Positions 23,335 through 35,675 of a DNA stretch of 64,000 bases are shown one piece after another; within the stretch, counting starts at the first letter, position 1; every line of letters starts with the position of its first letter. The position numbers and the translations under genes are program-made. Source of the DNA: Obrimoposthia wandeli (Eukaryota); contig CDROCS010001674.1 in the NCBI GenBank assembly GCA_977020255.1, forward strand, positions 1 to 64,000. Direction: 5' to 3'. Under the pieces are notes generated by a model that was not told the DNA's origin, ran no database searches, and was given only the letters and a program-made list of their open reading frames with translations.

Positions 23335-24309
23335 TTAAAGCGTTGGTTTAGTGCCAAACTGATCGGCGGCATAAGCAACACGTTCTTCTGGTGGTGGCAT
23401 TTTAAATGTCGTACCTAAATGCTCAATATGTTGTAGGCGAGGTAGCAAACCGCAGCCATTGGCAATTTGAATGGCCAAACCTGGTCGTGCATTTAGTTCT
23501 AACACCATAGGACCTTTGCTTTTATCAAGTACCATATCAGTACCCAAATAGCCTAACCCTGTCATTTCCCATGCACTGGCTGCAAGTGTTAATAACTTAC
23601 TCCAATTAGGTACCGCTAATTCGCTTAGCAATCGGTCGGTATCTGGGTGATGTTCAATCGGTTGATTAAATTGCACTGCCCGTACCGCTGTGCCTGTCGC
23701 AATATCGATACCGACCCCAACAGCACCTTGGTGTAAGTTTGCTTTACCATCTGATGCTGCGGTTGAGCAACGCATCATCGCCATTACAGGATAGCCCTTA
23801 AATACGATGACACGTACATCAGGCACACCTTCAAAACTGAAACCATCGAAAACATTATCAAATTGAATCAGGTTTTCAATCATCGCTACGTCGTTTTTAC
23901 CACCCAGAGAGAACAACCCCGCCAGTGTATTGGTAACGTGACGCTCAACATCTTGTTTATTTATCTGTGCACCAGATGGCTTAGTATAAATACCATCTTT
24001 ATGATTAATAATAACAAGAATGCCTTTACCACCAGAACCTTGCGCAGGTTTGATAACAAAGCCAGGCCAGTTTTTAACCATGTCGTGAACACGTTTTACG
24101 AACACTTGGCTATCAATAACGCCAATCAGATCAGGCACTGTAGCACCCGCTGCTTGAGCGATGATTTTCGTTTTTAACTTGTCATCAACTAACGGATAAA
24201 GCGTCCGGTCGTTATAGCGACCAATATAGCTATGATTCCGCTTATTCATTCCCATAATACCGCGATCGCGCAGCTTAAACGGTGAGGTGAACTGTGACAA
24301 TATAGACAT
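23335..24309 (-). CDS. RimK-related alpha-L-glutamate ligase-like ATP-grasp protein
   Basis: DDKLKTK, FVIKPAQGSGGKGI, PDVRV, ANLHQG and LELNARPGL. Confidence 0.9.
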   Translation of the reverse strand: MSILSQFTSPFKLRDRGIMGMNKRNHSYIGRYNDRTLYPLVDDKLKTKIIAQAAGATVPDLIGVIDSQVFVKRVHDMVKNWPGFVIKPAQGSGGKGILVIINHKDGIYTKPSGAQINKQDVERHVTNTLAGLFSLGGKNDVAMIENLIQFDNVFDGFSFEGVPDVRVIVFKGYPVMAMMRCSTAASDGKANLHQGAVGVGIDIATGTAVRAVQFNQPIEHHPDTDRLLSELAVPNWSKLLTLAASAWEMTGLGYLGTDMVLDKSKGPMVLELNARPGLAIQIANGCGLLPRLQHIEHLGTTFKMPPPEERVAYAADQFGTKPTL

Positions 24310-24312
24310 AGT

Positions 24313-25824
24313 TTAGTCCTCCGTTAATGGTTTGAATCGACGAAGTTCGCTTAAACGATAGCCTGTGTAATTACCGAGCACTAGAATGACAGCCATGATA
24401 ATAAGCTGCATACCGATAAAGTTGAATGTAAGGTGACGAATAATCTCATTGGTCATTGCGATGTAGACTAAAACCGCCGTTAACAATGAACCACCGCCTT
24501 GAATGAAGACTTCTTTTGCCCCTTCTTCTTCCCATAGAATTGACATGCGTTCTACAGTCCACGATAGGATGATCATCGGGAAAAACGTAATCGTCAGACC
24601 TTCAACTAAACCAATCTTAAAGGCAACAACGGTAAATACTGAAATAATCAATATCACCGAAATAATAACGGTGGATATTCGGGCGACAAGAAGTAAGTTG
24701 AGCTTAGAGAGGTAGCTACGAATAATCAGACCCGCACCCACAATCAATAAGAAGCCGATAATACCGGTGATCAACTGCGTTTGTACAAATGCGACAGCAA
24801 TCAAAACTGGCATGAATGTACCAGATGTTTTTAGCCCGACGATAACGCGAAGGAAAACAACAATTAGCGCACCAATAGGCACAAGCATGATGGTTTTGAA
24901 CATCGCTTGTTCTTCAACGGGCAGCGTATGAATCGAGAAGTTCAAGAGGTCTTCTGCTTGTACTTTTTCTCTTGTTGCCTGCTGAGGGGTAATATCTTGT
25001 GCAATGATCGAGAAGCTAATGTGTGAGTTACGACCGCCCACAACATCTAATAATGAATGACCTTGCTGATTCCATACTAACACGTCATCAGGGCGGCCTT
25101 CGTTACCAGTTAAAGGATCAAATAGCTCCCATTTTTGCGAGTCGGTATCCCATACTTCAACCATTGGGTTGATGCTTTGGCGGCGGCGACCATCTTCAAG
25201 CTGAAGCCCACCCACCACACGGCTATGAATCTTTTCTAAAGAAAGCAGCCCTGTAATAGCATCCTCACGGGTGAGGTTATTAAGAAGCAAGGCTGCATTC
25301 TGATTTTGTTTATCGTTAAATTGTTTAATCAATTCACGCGTCAAAGTCAGGTTATCAGAAGAACGAGCGCGGGCTTGGTCAAGCAGTGCTGTAGCAGCGG
25401 TTTGTTGTGGATTATCTAAGCTAACAGTAATTGGTTCACCCTTGGGTGGGGTGTCTTTATAATTAGCCTGATCATCGATAAGCATCTGCGTTTTGTAGTA
25501 AAGAATTTGTTGCCCCATTGCTTCACGGATAGACCATTCGGCACGACGACCTTTATCAGTATCGATTAACGCAACACCATAACCTGGTGATGATGTGCTT
25601 TCATCAATTAATGTAAAGCCTTGCTGTGTTTCAGGCGCAGCCATTGAGATTTTTACGGGATCACCAATAGCATCAAATTCAACCCGTGCTTCTACTTCCC
25701 AAACAGCACGATCGGCACCTGGCGTCCACGGTACGCCATACACATCATGACGGTACATGCTTAATGCAATACCTGCAACGACGAGCAATGAAACTATAAT
25801 GTAAAAAGGTATTCTTGACGTCAT
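24313..25824 (-). CDS. Inactive transglutaminase fused to 7-TM domain
   Basis: N-terminal TM, periplasmic region containing WELFDP, C-terminal multi-TM block with GLKTSGTFMPVLIA. The protein has no cysteine. Confidence 0.88.
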   Translation of the reverse strand: MTSRIPFYIIVSLLVVAGIALSMYRHDVYGVPWTPGADRAVWEVEARVEFDAIGDPVKISMAAPETQQGFTLIDESTSSPGYGVALIDTDKGRRAEWSIREAMGQQILYYKTQMLIDDQANYKDTPPKGEPITVSLDNPQQTAATALLDQARARSSDNLTLTRELIKQFNDKQNQNAALLLNNLTREDAITGLLSLEKIHSRVVGGLQLEDGRRRQSINPMVEVWDTDSQKWELFDPLTGNEGRPDDVLVWNQQGHSLLDVVGGRNSHISFSIIAQDITPQQATREKVQAEDLLNFSIHTLPVEEQAMFKTIMLVPIGALIVVFLRVIVGLKTSGTFMPVLIAVAFVQTQLITGIIGFLLIVGAGLIIRSYLSKLNLLLVARISTVIISVILIISVFTVVAFKIGLVEGLTITFFPMIILSWTVERMSILWEEEGAKEVFIQGGGSLLTAVLVYIAMTNEIIRHLTFNFIGMQLIIMAVILVLGNYTGYRLSELRRFKPLTED

Positions 25825-25838
25825 GACATCCTCATCAT

Positions 25839-26615
25839 TTAATTATTAGTCTTTAATGCCACTTCGGGCTGACTCTTTCCTTGGATAAACTGTTTGCCAA
25901 CATCGACTAATGCAATGTCTTTAAAAAATTCACGTCCGAGTAATACGGGATAGGTCATTTGAGTACGATCAGCCAATGTGAATTGTACTTTTTCATGTAA
26001 TGATCCTAATTGAATCCATGCTTCAATAACGGGACGTCGCGCTGCTTCTTCAGAAGTCGATTGACGAACTTTAACCCAACGTACAACTGGCGCTTCAATG
26101 ATTTCCGGCTTTTTGCTCGTTTCATCATTAAGATGACTTAGGTTAAAGCGAACCCATTCTTTACCATCACGCTCGAAAACTTGTAGATCAACCGCATTAA
26201 GTGATGATGTTGTTGCACCGGTATCAATTCGCGCCTTAAAGTGCTGCTTAACAGAATCTAGCCAAATCCATTCTTCTTGACCTAAAACTGCTTTGCCATT
26301 TGCGACTTTAATATCAATGGGTTTAGCTTCTGCTGGAATCGTTATAACTTGTTTTTCTACAACCAGTTTAGGTTGAGTTAATACTTTATGCTTAACGAAC
26401 TTCACATCTTTTGAAACTGATGATAATTCATTTTCCAAATTGGCAATATGTTCATTTTGCTCATTAATTTGTTGAGTCATTGTCTCAAGTTGAATATTGA
26501 CATTATTTCCCATTGTATTAATGGCAATTAAGGTTTCTTCGTGATTTTTTGACTGCGTTAGTGTACAGCCTGAAAGCATGGCTAAAGTGAGTAATATAAA
26601 GCTGCGGCGAAGCAT
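25839..26615 (-). CDS. Lipoprotein with coiled coil and RimB-like retropepsin ('ATP-dependent Zn protease' family) domain
   Basis: Lipobox LSGC, then ARIDTGATTSSL, RRPVI and DRTQMTYPVLLGREF. Confidence 0.87.
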   Translation of the reverse strand: MLRRSFILLTLAMLSGCTLTQSKNHEETLIAINTMGNNVNIQLETMTQQINEQNEHIANLENELSSVSKDVKFVKHKVLTQPKLVVEKQVITIPAEAKPIDIKVANGKAVLGQEEWIWLDSVKQHFKARIDTGATTSSLNAVDLQVFERDGKEWVRFNLSHLNDETSKKPEIIEAPVVRWVKVRQSTSEEAARRPVIEAWIQLGSLHEKVQFTLADRTQMTYPVLLGREFFKDIALVDVGKQFIQGKSQPEVALKTNN

Positions 26616-26704
26616 GGTCTCTCCCAGAAGAACTTCTATTTTTCTATAAGCGACGATAGTTTAGCGTAAAAAAAGGGATGCGAAAAGCATCCCTTTGTCA
26701 GTGG

Positions 26705-27679
26705 TTAGTCAGGATTCCGAGCAACTAAAACAGCGCGTTTAGGTGCAGGGTAACCTTCAATGGTTTTTGTTGGGTCATCAGGGTTTAAATATTCTGGTAA
26801 GGAATTATTTGTCATCCAATCTGTCGACCGTTGCTCATCGGTTGTTGTTACACTTTCATCAACAATACGGACGTCAACAAAGCCACATTTCTCCATCCAG
26901 ACTTTTAATGCTTTTGCTGATGGGAAAAAGTACACGTTATGCATTTGCGCGTAACGGCCTGTTGGCACTAATACAGCGTTTTCGTCACCTTCAATCACTA
27001 AGGTTTCAAGAATCACCTCACCATCTTTACGAAGTTGGTTCTTTAGCTGAATGATGTGGTCGAGTGGCGAACGGCGGTGATAAAGTACGCCCATGCTGAA
27101 AACAGTATCAAATGCTTTCAATTCTGGCAGCTGCTCAATGCCTAAAGGTAATAAAAACGCGCGGTTATCATCACCCATAAGGCGACGTATTGCTTCAAAT
27201 TGGATTAAGAATAGATTAGATGGGTCAATACCGACGGTTAATGCCGCCCCTTCACCTAACATACGCCACATGTGGTAACCGTTGCCACAGCCAACATCTA
27301 ACACTGAACGACCTTTCAGTGGTGAGATATGCGGTAATACGCGATCCCACTTCCAATCTGAACGCCATTCAGTATCAATGTGGATATCGTGTATGTTGTA
27401 CGGGCCTTTACGCCATGGGTGCAATAAACGTAACAAGCTTTCTAAACGTTTTTTTTCACCGCTAGCAATACCATCTTCATAACGAACACTTACTTCGTTT
27501 TTGATATCGATAATATCAGGCTTATCTGTCGGGAATTTTTTCAATGCACGGATCCAACGAGCCATGTCGCCGTGCTCAGCTTCTTCCCAATCACTTAATT
27601 GCTTTGGTAAGGTATTTAGCCAAGGACGTAGGGTTTCGTGCTGGGCGATTAGCTTATAAAACTCAGAAAAACTAAACAT
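26705..27679 (-). CDS. cmoB: tRNA 5-methoxyuridine(34) carboxymethyltransferase CmoB
   Basis: [17 protein letters not shown] and DVGCGNGYH. Confidence 0.97.
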   Translation of the reverse strand: MFSFSEFYKLIAQHETLRPWLNTLPKQLSDWEEAEHGDMARWIRALKKFPTDKPDIIDIKNEVSVRYEDGIASGEKKRLESLLRLLHPWRKGPYNIHDIHIDTEWRSDWKWDRVLPHISPLKGRSVLDVGCGNGYHMWRMLGEGAALTVGIDPSNLFLIQFEAIRRLMGDDNRAFLLPLGIEQLPELKAFDTVFSMGVLYHRRSPLDHIIQLKNQLRKDGEVILETLVIEGDENAVLVPTGRYAQMHNVYFFPSAKALKVWMEKCGFVDVRIVDESVTTTDEQRSTDWMTNNSLPEYLNPDDPTKTIEGYPAPKRAVLVARNPD

Positions 27680-27696
27680 AATGAAAATAAAACACC

Positions 27697-28488
<792 letters not shown>

Positions 28489-28607
28489 TCACCCTCTGAA
28501 AGGTCGCGTATTGTAGAGAAAATGAGGTCATTTGTCTTTAGTGAATTAATAATAAAACCATAAACAATCCTGTTCATTGTTCAATTAAACGTAAGAAACC
28601 GCTGTGA

Positions 28608-29498
28608 CTAAAGTAATGTAATTTGGGGGCTTGCTTCTGGTGCGGGAGGTAGTGCTATATCAGGTAAAGATAATGCGCTCTTTGAAACTCGCTGTTGTAA
28701 TTTTTGATATAAACGAATGGCTAACTCTGGCGCTAAAATATTGTCGGGTGTATGAATGAATAAATAGGGTTGTTTCCCATCTGCCATCCACTGAGGTAAT
28801 CGGGTTAGCCAGTTATCGAAGAAAGGGTCGTTACTTAAATCTTCAGGGTGACCAATAAAGCGGATCATTGGCTGCATAGCGGTTGCGATGGCATGCACGG
28901 GTACGTGGGGTTTCTTTTGGTGTGCGTCAATCACCGCTTCAGAAGTTGGTGGGGCTGCAAATACTGGGCGGCTATCCATAATAATACGGTTGGCTTGGTG
29001 TTCGAATAGTAATCCATTTAAGGCTTTTTCTGCTTCGCCTTTATTAAAGAAGGCGTAATGCCTCACTTCAACCCCACAAATAAGGTGTTTAGGTATCTTT
29101 TGTAGGAACTTCTTTAATGCGGGTAGCGCATCAGGACCAAAATTGGCAGGTAATTGAATTTTCCATAATCCCACTTTACTTTCAAGGGGTGCCATAACGT
29201 TTAAAAAATCAGCTAAAAGTTGATCGCAATGCATTAGCTGATTTTGATGGGTAATAGTGCTGGGGAATTTAAAGGTAAAACGAAAATCACTCGGGGTTGC
29301 ATCATGCCATTTTTTTACCGTGGTAATTGCAGGCGTAGCATAAAAAGTGGTGTTACCCTCGACAGTATTAAATACCTCTGCGTATCGCGTTAAACGATCA
29401 CTATTTTTACATCCAGAGCCATATAAACTTTTCTGCCATTGGTTATGAGACCACATGGCTAGGCCGAGAAAAAGAGGCCTATTGGTTGGAATTGTCAT
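28608..29498 (-). CDS. yecE: DUF72 / YecE-family protein
   Basis: VEGNTTFYA, FTFKFP, GVEVRH and YLFIHTPDN. Confidence 0.9.
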   Translation of the reverse strand: MTIPTNRPLFLGLAMWSHNQWQKSLYGSGCKNSDRLTRYAEVFNTVEGNTTFYATPAITTVKKWHDATPSDFRFTFKFPSTITHQNQLMHCDQLLADFLNVMAPLESKVGLWKIQLPANFGPDALPALKKFLQKIPKHLICGVEVRHYAFFNKGEAEKALNGLLFEHQANRIIMDSRPVFAAPPTSEAVIDAHQKKPHVPVHAIATAMQPMIRFIGHPEDLSNDPFFDNWLTRLPQWMADGKQPYLFIHTPDNILAPELAIRLYQKLQQRVSKSALSLPDIALPPAPEASPQITLL

Positions 29499-29847
29499 AA
29501 CAAGCCTCCTTTTAATAATTTAGAACACTGAAATTGAATGATTTTTGAACGTTGATCAAGCACGAATTAATACTGTAAGTCTTTATTGTGAGTACAGAAT
29601 TTGCGTTTGGTCAATGTTATCTGCAAAGAAGTGAGTGTTTTTCCTTGATTTAGGGGGCGGATTTTTCCTACATTGGTTTTTTTGCTTTATAATGTTTCGT
29701 CATTTTTGCATCTTGGCCACACTTAACATCCTAAATTGGATAAAGATTGAGCGGTTAGTGGTCAGGAATGAATCAGCCTGTGCAAGGTAAGTGATTAGCT
29801 TGCTGAAATCGCTCACAGGGTATTAGTAAACAGATCAGGAATTTCTT

Positions 29848-31641
29848 ATGCGCACCCAATATTGTGGTCACCTGAACAAGTCCCTTGAAGGACAAACAGT
29901 AGAATTATGCGGCTGGGTTAACCGTCGCCGTGATTTAGGCGGTCTAATCTTCATCGACATGAGAGATCGTGAAGGTATTGTTCAGGTAGTTGTCGACCCG
30001 GATATGAAAGATGTATTCGAACTGGCTAACCAACTGCGCAACGAATTCTGTATCCGTCTTATCGGTGAAGTACGCGTTCGTCCAGAAAGCCAAGTAAACA
30101 AAAAAATGGCAACAGGTGAAGTTGAAATCATGGCAACAGGCCTTGAAATTATCAACCGCTCTGACGTGTTACCACTAGATTTCAATCAGAATAACTCTGA
30201 AGAACAACGTCTTAAGTTTCGTTACCTAGACCTACGTCGCCCTGAAATGAGCGATCGTATTAAACTACGTGCTAAAGCATCTAGCTTTGTTCGTCGTTTC
30301 CTAGATGGCAATGGGTTCTTAGACATTGAAACGCCAGTATTGACTAAAGCGACACCAGAAGGTGCACGTGATTACTTAGTACCAAGCCGTGTACACAAAG
30401 GCAGCTTCTACGCATTGCCGCAATCACCGCAGCTATTTAAGCAGTTGTTGATGATGTCGGGTTTCGATCGTTATTACCAAATCGTTAAATGTTTCCGTGA
30501 TGAAGATTTACGTGCTGACCGTCAGCCTGAATTCACCCAGATCGATATCGAAACGTCTTTCATGAGCGCCGAACAAGTGCGTGGAATGACAGAGAAGATG
30601 ATTACTGAAATGTGGAAAGAGCTACTTAATGTAGATCTAGACACATTCCCAATTATGACATTTGAAGAAGCAACGCGTCGTTTTGGTTCTGATAAGCCAG
30701 ATCTACGTAACCCTCTAGAATTGGTAGACGTTGCTGACATCTTAAAAGATGTAGACTTCAAAGTATTCTCTGGCCCTGCTAACGACGAAAAAGGTCGCGT
30801 AGCGGTTATTCGTGTTCCTGGCGGTGCATCACTATCGCGTAAGCAGATTGATGAATACACTAAGTTCGTGGGTATCTACGGGGCGAAAGGCTTAGCATGG
30901 ATGAAAGTGAACGATCGTGAAGCTGGCTTTGCAGGTGTTCAATCTCCAGTCGCTAAGTTCCTTAACGAAGACGTGGTTGCTAACCTATTAGATCGTACGC
31001 AAGCAGAAACGGGTGACATCATTCTATTCGGTGCTGACAGCAAGCGTGTTGTTACTGAAGCGCTGGGTGCATTACGTCTTAAGCTAGGTGAAGATCTTGA
31101 ATTGACTGACAAGTCAGTATGGAAACCACTGTGGGTTATCGACTTCCCTATGTTTGAAGAAGATGGTGAAGGCAACCTACATGCAATGCATCACCCGTTC
31201 ACATCGCCATTAGGCATTACAGCTGAAGAATTGGCTGTTAACCCTGCGACTGCAAATTCAAATGCATACGACATGGTTATTAATGGTTATGAAGTGGGCG
31301 GTGGTTCTGTTCGTATCCACAACGCAGATATGCAATCAGCAGTATTCAATATTTTAGGTATTGAAGAAAGTGAGCAGCAGTCTAAGTTTGGTTTCCTACT
31401 TGAAGCATTGAAGTATGGTACGCCACCACACGCTGGTCTTGCGTTTGGTCTTGACCGTTTGGTTATGTTGTTATGTGGTACCGATAACATTCGTGATGTT
31501 ATTGCGTTTCCTAAAACAACAGCGGCATCTTGTTTGCTTACCAATGCACCAAGCTTAGCGAACCCTGAGTCGCTAAAAGAGCTTTCTATTGCAGTTGCGA
31601 TTGCAAAAAAAGAAACAGCTAAAGAAGAAAGTGCTGAATAA
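29848..31641 (+). CDS. aspS: Aspartate-tRNA ligase
   Basis: [28 protein letters not shown] and [12 protein letters not shown]. Confidence 0.99.
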   Translation: MRTQYCGHLNKSLEGQTVELCGWVNRRRDLGGLIFIDMRDREGIVQVVVDPDMKDVFELANQLRNEFCIRLIGEVRVRPESQVNKKMATGEVEIMATGLEIINRSDVLPLDFNQNNSEEQRLKFRYLDLRRPEMSDRIKLRAKASSFVRRFLDGNGFLDIETPVLTKATPEGARDYLVPSRVHKGSFYALPQSPQLFKQLLMMSGFDRYYQIVKCFRDEDLRADRQPEFTQIDIETSFMSAEQVRGMTEKMITEMWKELLNVDLDTFPIMTFEEATRRFGSDKPDLRNPLELVDVADILKDVDFKVFSGPANDEKGRVAVIRVPGGASLSRKQIDEYTKFVGIYGAKGLAWMKVNDREAGFAGVQSPVAKFLNEDVVANLLDRTQAETGDIILFGADSKRVVTEALGALRLKLGEDLELTDKSVWKPLWVIDFPMFEEDGEGNLHAMHHPFTSPLGITAEELAVNPATANSNAYDMVINGYEVGGGSVRIHNADMQSAVFNILGIEESEQQSKFGFLLEALKYGTPPHAGLAFGLDRLVMLLCGTDNIRDVIAFPKTTAASCLLTNAPSLANPESLKELSIAVAIAKKETAKEESAE

Positions 31642-31756
31642 AGACCTCGTTCTTTAATTTATCACCGTAATCTATTTGGCCAGTGATTCCACTGGCCAAT
31701 CTTTCATCCTCGTGAAACCTTAAGCCAACAGGCTGACTAAAAATTTCGGAGTATTC

Positions 31757-32500
31757 ATGGCTGGTCATAGTAAATTTGCCAACATTAAACACCGTAAAGC
31801 TGCGCAAGATTCTAAACGTGGAAAAATATTTACCAAATTAATTCGTGAGATTATTGTTGCGACAAAAGATGGTGGTCCAGAAGCTGAAAATAACCCTCGC
31901 TTACGTGCGGCAGTGGATAAAGCTTTATCAAATAATATGACTCGCGATACGATTAATCGTGCTGTTAAACGTGGTGCGGGTGGCGACGGAGAAGCAGACT
32001 TAGAAACGGTTCTCTATGAAGGGTATGGTCCTGCTGGTACCGCAGTTATGGTTGAATGCATGACAGATAACCGTAATCGTACCGTTTCAGGTGTGCGTAA
32101 TGCTTTTAGTAAATCAGGCGGTAACTTAGGCACTGATGGCAGTGTTAATTACCTGTTTGATAAGAAGGGCGTTATTTCTTATGCCGAAGGTACTGATGAA
32201 GATTTAATGATGGAAGCGGCGCTAGAAAGCGGTGCAGAAGACATTGAAACCAACGATGATGGTTCTATTGATGTATACACAACACCATCAGACTTTGGCA
32301 CGGTAAAAGATGCATTAGATGCAGCAGGTTTTGACGCTGTGAATGCGGAAGTCACGCTTGTACCTTCTACGAAAGCTGATTTAGACCTAGAAACAGCGCC
32401 TAAATTGTTGCGTCTTATTGATGCATTAGAAGATTTAGATGATGTTCAAGAAGTTTACCATAACGGTGAAATTACAGATGAAATTGCTGAACAACTATAA
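31757..32500 (+). CDS. yebC: YebC/PmpR-family protein
   Basis: [14 protein letters not shown] and YEGYGPAG. Confidence 0.97.
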   Translation: MAGHSKFANIKHRKAAQDSKRGKIFTKLIREIIVATKDGGPEAENNPRLRAAVDKALSNNMTRDTINRAVKRGAGGDGEADLETVLYEGYGPAGTAVMVECMTDNRNRTVSGVRNAFSKSGGNLGTDGSVNYLFDKKGVISYAEGTDEDLMMEAALESGAEDIETNDDGSIDVYTTPSDFGTVKDALDAAGFDAVNAEVTLVPSTKADLDLETAPKLLRLIDALEDLDDVQEVYHNGEITDEIAEQL

Positions 32501-32537
32501 TGGTTGATGTATTTATCGCTAACGCAGTGACAAACGA

Positions 32538-33059
32538 ATGACGATTATTTTAGGTATAGATCCAGGTTCTAGAATTACAGGCTATGGTGTTATTCGTCAG
32601 GTTGGTCGAAACCTTGAGTATCTTGGTAGTGGCTGTATTAGAACGTCTTTTGAAGATATTCCTGGTCGATTAAAGCAAATTTATGCGGGTGTTTCTGAAG
32701 TGATCACCCAATTCCAACCCGATATGTTTGCGATTGAAGAAGTCTTTATGGGGAAGAATGCCAGCTCTGCGTTGAAACTGGGACAAGCACGAGGCAGTGC
32801 TATTGTTGCAGCGGTCAATGCTGACTTGCCTGTAAGTGAATATGCTGCTCGTCTAATAAAACAGGCGGTGGTTGGTACGGGAGCCGCAGATAAAGCCCAA
32901 GTTCAACATATGGTGTGCTCGGTACTTAAATTGTCCAGCAAGCCACAAGCCGATGCCGCCGATGCATTAGCCGTTGCCATTTGTCATGCTCATACACATA
33001 AAACATTAATTGCTATGTCTGGTAAAGCAAGTAGTGCCCGTCGTGGCCGTTATCGTTAA
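32538..33059 (+). CDS. ruvC: Holliday junction resolvase RuvC
   Basis: [12 protein letters not shown] and DAADALAVA. Confidence 0.98.
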   Translation: MTIILGIDPGSRITGYGVIRQVGRNLEYLGSGCIRTSFEDIPGRLKQIYAGVSEVITQFQPDMFAIEEVFMGKNASSALKLGQARGSAIVAAVNADLPVSEYAARLIKQAVVGTGAADKAQVQHMVCSVLKLSSKPQADAADALAVAICHAHTHKTLIAMSGKASSARRGRYR

Positions 33060-33306
33060 GTGATTAATATAACGCAATAATAAGTATTTTATTACGTAGT
33101 GTTAGCCAGATCATAAAAGCAGCCATTGGCTGCTTTTTATTTTGTGGGTGTATTGTTAATTAGCGAGCATAACGTGTTGAAGCATTAAGAGGTTTAGCCG
33201 ACAGTTTAAACGCAGTTGTATCTCTACCGAAAGTGAGTTGATTTTTTAAGACGTAAATAGAATGAATATCATCTCCGCTTTTCTACTCACCTAAAGACAT
33301 AAAGTG

Positions 33307-33322
33307 CTGGATATCCATCCAG
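33307..33322. promoter_or_regulatory. LexA (SOS) box upstream of ruvA
   Basis: CTGGATATCCATCCAG fits CTG-N10-CAG and is nearly identical to the E. coli ruvA SOS box. Confidence 0.9.
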
Positions 33323-33369
33323 CACTTTACTATCCTAGAGCCAATTTCAACTCATACAGAGATAGTGCA

Positions 33370-33990
33370 GTGATTGGCCGACTTAGTGGAACCATTTTAG
33401 AGAAACAACCACCAGAAGTATTAATAGACGTGGGTGGTATTGGTTATGAAGTTCAAATGCCAATGAGTTGTTTCTATGAGCTACCAGATGTAGGTCAGGC
33501 TGCGGTCATTTGTACGCATTTTATTGTCCGTGAAGATGCGCAATTACTGTATGGCTTCAATAAGAAAAGCGAACGAGAGCTTTTTCGTGAAGTCATAAAA
33601 GCCAACGGTGTCGGCCCAAAGCTTGGCTTAGCCATTCTTTCAGCGATGACGGCAAGCCAGTTTGTTTTGAGTGTTGAAAATGAAGATATTACGACATTGG
33701 TGAAAATTCCCGGTGTTGGCAAGAAAACAGCAGAGCGTTTAGTGATCGAAATGAGAGATCGCTTGAAGGGGTGGGGTGAAGGTGATCTCTTCACACCAGC
33801 TTCTGATGCAGCAGCATCCAATGCAGAAGTACAAAAATACTCGAGTGCACGGGCTGAAGATGAAGCGATAAGTGCACTTATTGCTTTAGGGTATAAAGCG
33901 CCACAGGCAGCAAAAGTGGTATCCCAAGTGGTGAAGCCTGAGATGAGCAGTGAAAACATCATCCGTGAAGCATTACGTTCGATGGTATAA
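33370..33990 (+). CDS. ruvA: Holliday junction helicase subunit RuvA
   Basis: GTG start at 33370 (MIGRLSG), GVGPK and [10 protein letters not shown]. Confidence 0.97.
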   Translation: MIGRLSGTILEKQPPEVLIDVGGIGYEVQMPMSCFYELPDVGQAAVICTHFIVREDAQLLYGFNKKSERELFREVIKANGVGPKLGLAILSAMTASQFVLSVENEDITTLVKIPGVGKKTAERLVIEMRDRLKGWGEGDLFTPASDAAASNAEVQKYSSARAEDEAISALIALGYKAPQAAKVVSQVVKPEMSSENIIREALRSMV

Positions 33991-34011
33991 GGCTAAACAG
34001 GCAAACGCATT

Positions 34012-35025
34012 ATGATTGAAGCTGATCGATTAATATCAAATAGTTTTGAAAGCCGCGATGACGAAGTCATTGATCGAGCAATTCGCCCTAAGTTATTAAA
34101 TGACTATCAGGGGCAAGATCATGTTCGAGGTCAGATGGAAATCTTCATTAAAGCGGCTCAGCTTCGTGAAGAAGCCCTCGACCATTTATTGATTTTTGGT
34201 CCTCCAGGGTTAGGTAAAACGACGTTAGCAAATATTGTAGCCAACGAGATGGGGGTCAGTATTCGTACTACGTCTGGTCCGGTATTAGAAAAAGCGGGTG
34301 ACTTAGCCGCACTACTGACCAATCTTGAGCCAAACGATGTACTTTTTATTGATGAAATCCATCGATTAAGTCCACATGTCGAAGAAGTGTTATATCCAGC
34401 AATGGAAGATTATCAGTTAGATATCATGATTGGTGAAGGCCCTGCCGCCCGCTCTATTAAAATTGAGTTACCGCCTTTTACCCTCATTGGTGCGACAACA
34501 CGAGCGGGTTCTTTAACCGCGCCGCTACGTGACCGATTTGGTATTACTCAGCGTTTAGAATATTACAAAGTTGAAGATTTGAAAGATATCGTACAACGCA
34601 GTGCTAATTGCCTTGGTCTTTCAATGGAAGAAGAGGGCGCGTTAGAAATGGCGCAACGTGCTCGTGGTACACCACGTATTGCTAACCGTTTATTACGTCG
34701 AGTACGTGACTACGCTGAAGTGGTGGGTAACGGTATTATATGTTCAGATACCGCAAAGAAAGCCTTAGATATGCTAGATGTTGATAGAAGCGGCTTTGAC
34801 TATATGGACCGGAAACTGCTTCTAGCCATTATCGATAAATTCATGGGTGGGCCTGTAGGGTTAGATAACTTAGCTGCTGCTATCGGTGAAGAAAAAGATA
34901 CGATTGAAGATGTATTAGAGCCCTATCTGATTCAACAAGGTTTCTTACAGCGAACACCGCGTGGACGGATCGCAACTCACCGCGCATATTTGCATTTTGG
35001 TCTTGATATCCCTGAAGCTCGTTGA
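34012..35025 (+). CDS. ruvB: Holliday junction helicase subunit RuvB
   Basis: [17 protein letters not shown] and [13 protein letters not shown]. Confidence 0.99.
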   Translation: MIEADRLISNSFESRDDEVIDRAIRPKLLNDYQGQDHVRGQMEIFIKAAQLREEALDHLLIFGPPGLGKTTLANIVANEMGVSIRTTSGPVLEKAGDLAALLTNLEPNDVLFIDEIHRLSPHVEEVLYPAMEDYQLDIMIGEGPAARSIKIELPPFTLIGATTRAGSLTAPLRDRFGITQRLEYYKVEDLKDIVQRSANCLGLSMEEEGALEMAQRARGTPRIANRLLRRVRDYAEVVGNGIICSDTAKKALDMLDVDRSGFDYMDRKLLLAIIDKFMGGPVGLDNLAAAIGEEKDTIEDVLEPYLIQQGFLQRTPRGRIATHRAYLHFGLDIPEAR

Positions 35026-35188
35026 GGTACTTGGGTATACATAAATGAGGCTAGGGAGTATTTCTCGTCAATCACTAGCCTCGTTTTACATCACACTGTA
35101 TAAAAATCAAGCGCGATAAATTGCTTTTAATTTTTTATAAAAAAATCTTGATTTTCCTTATCCCAATACAGACAAGGCTTTACCTTAG

Positions 35189-35211
35189 TTATCCACGGAA
35201 ACTGTGGATAA
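35189..35211. promoter_or_regulatory. Inverted DnaA-box pair upstream of uvrB
   Basis: TTATCCACG-GAAAC-TGTGGATAA in a 9-5-9 arrangement; the right box is a perfect DnaA consensus. Confidence 0.75.
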
Positions 35212-35675
35212 CTACGTTGATGGACACTAGAAAAGTAGCATCGATGTATAAATGATTTTTAATGTGAGTTTTTATCGGTATGAAGAATGCTGGATAAATA
35301 CTTGTTATCAGTGCGATTGAAAAAAAAGTATTAAGTTTTAATTGATTATTAGAATAAATATTCTACTTTATTATGTTGTAAATATAGCTGTGAATTGATT
35401 TAAAACAAAAAGAGGACAAGCTGTGGATGGATCAGATTTTTTCTAAAGGAATTAAAGAGAACATCAATGTTTATCTTCAGCAGGAAGCTGAGTAAAAGGC
35501 GAGTATGAGAAACTCTGTGGGCGAGAATAATACGCCGATAAGAAATATCGGTCAATCCCTTGCGATTATTATTTAGGTTTTTCTTCCCTCTTATCCAAAT
35601 AACATCATTAGCATTGACTTTATAATATCTCTCCGCAGAATGGAGGATTGTTGTCTTTGTGTTGGACGCGTCATC

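Noticed and set aside
33495-33962. Long antisense ORF opposite ruvA (similarly 14015-14413, 16379-16702, 17854-18186, 30522-30860, 37334-37546, 59366-59710)
   Set aside because: Shadow frames of strongly biased coding genes, with no RBS or recognisable motif.
35096-35111. CTGTATAAAAATCAAG as a LexA box for uvrB
   Set aside because: The right half is CAAG rather than ACAG/CCAG, breaking CTG-N10-CAG, and it lies about 570 bp from the start codon.
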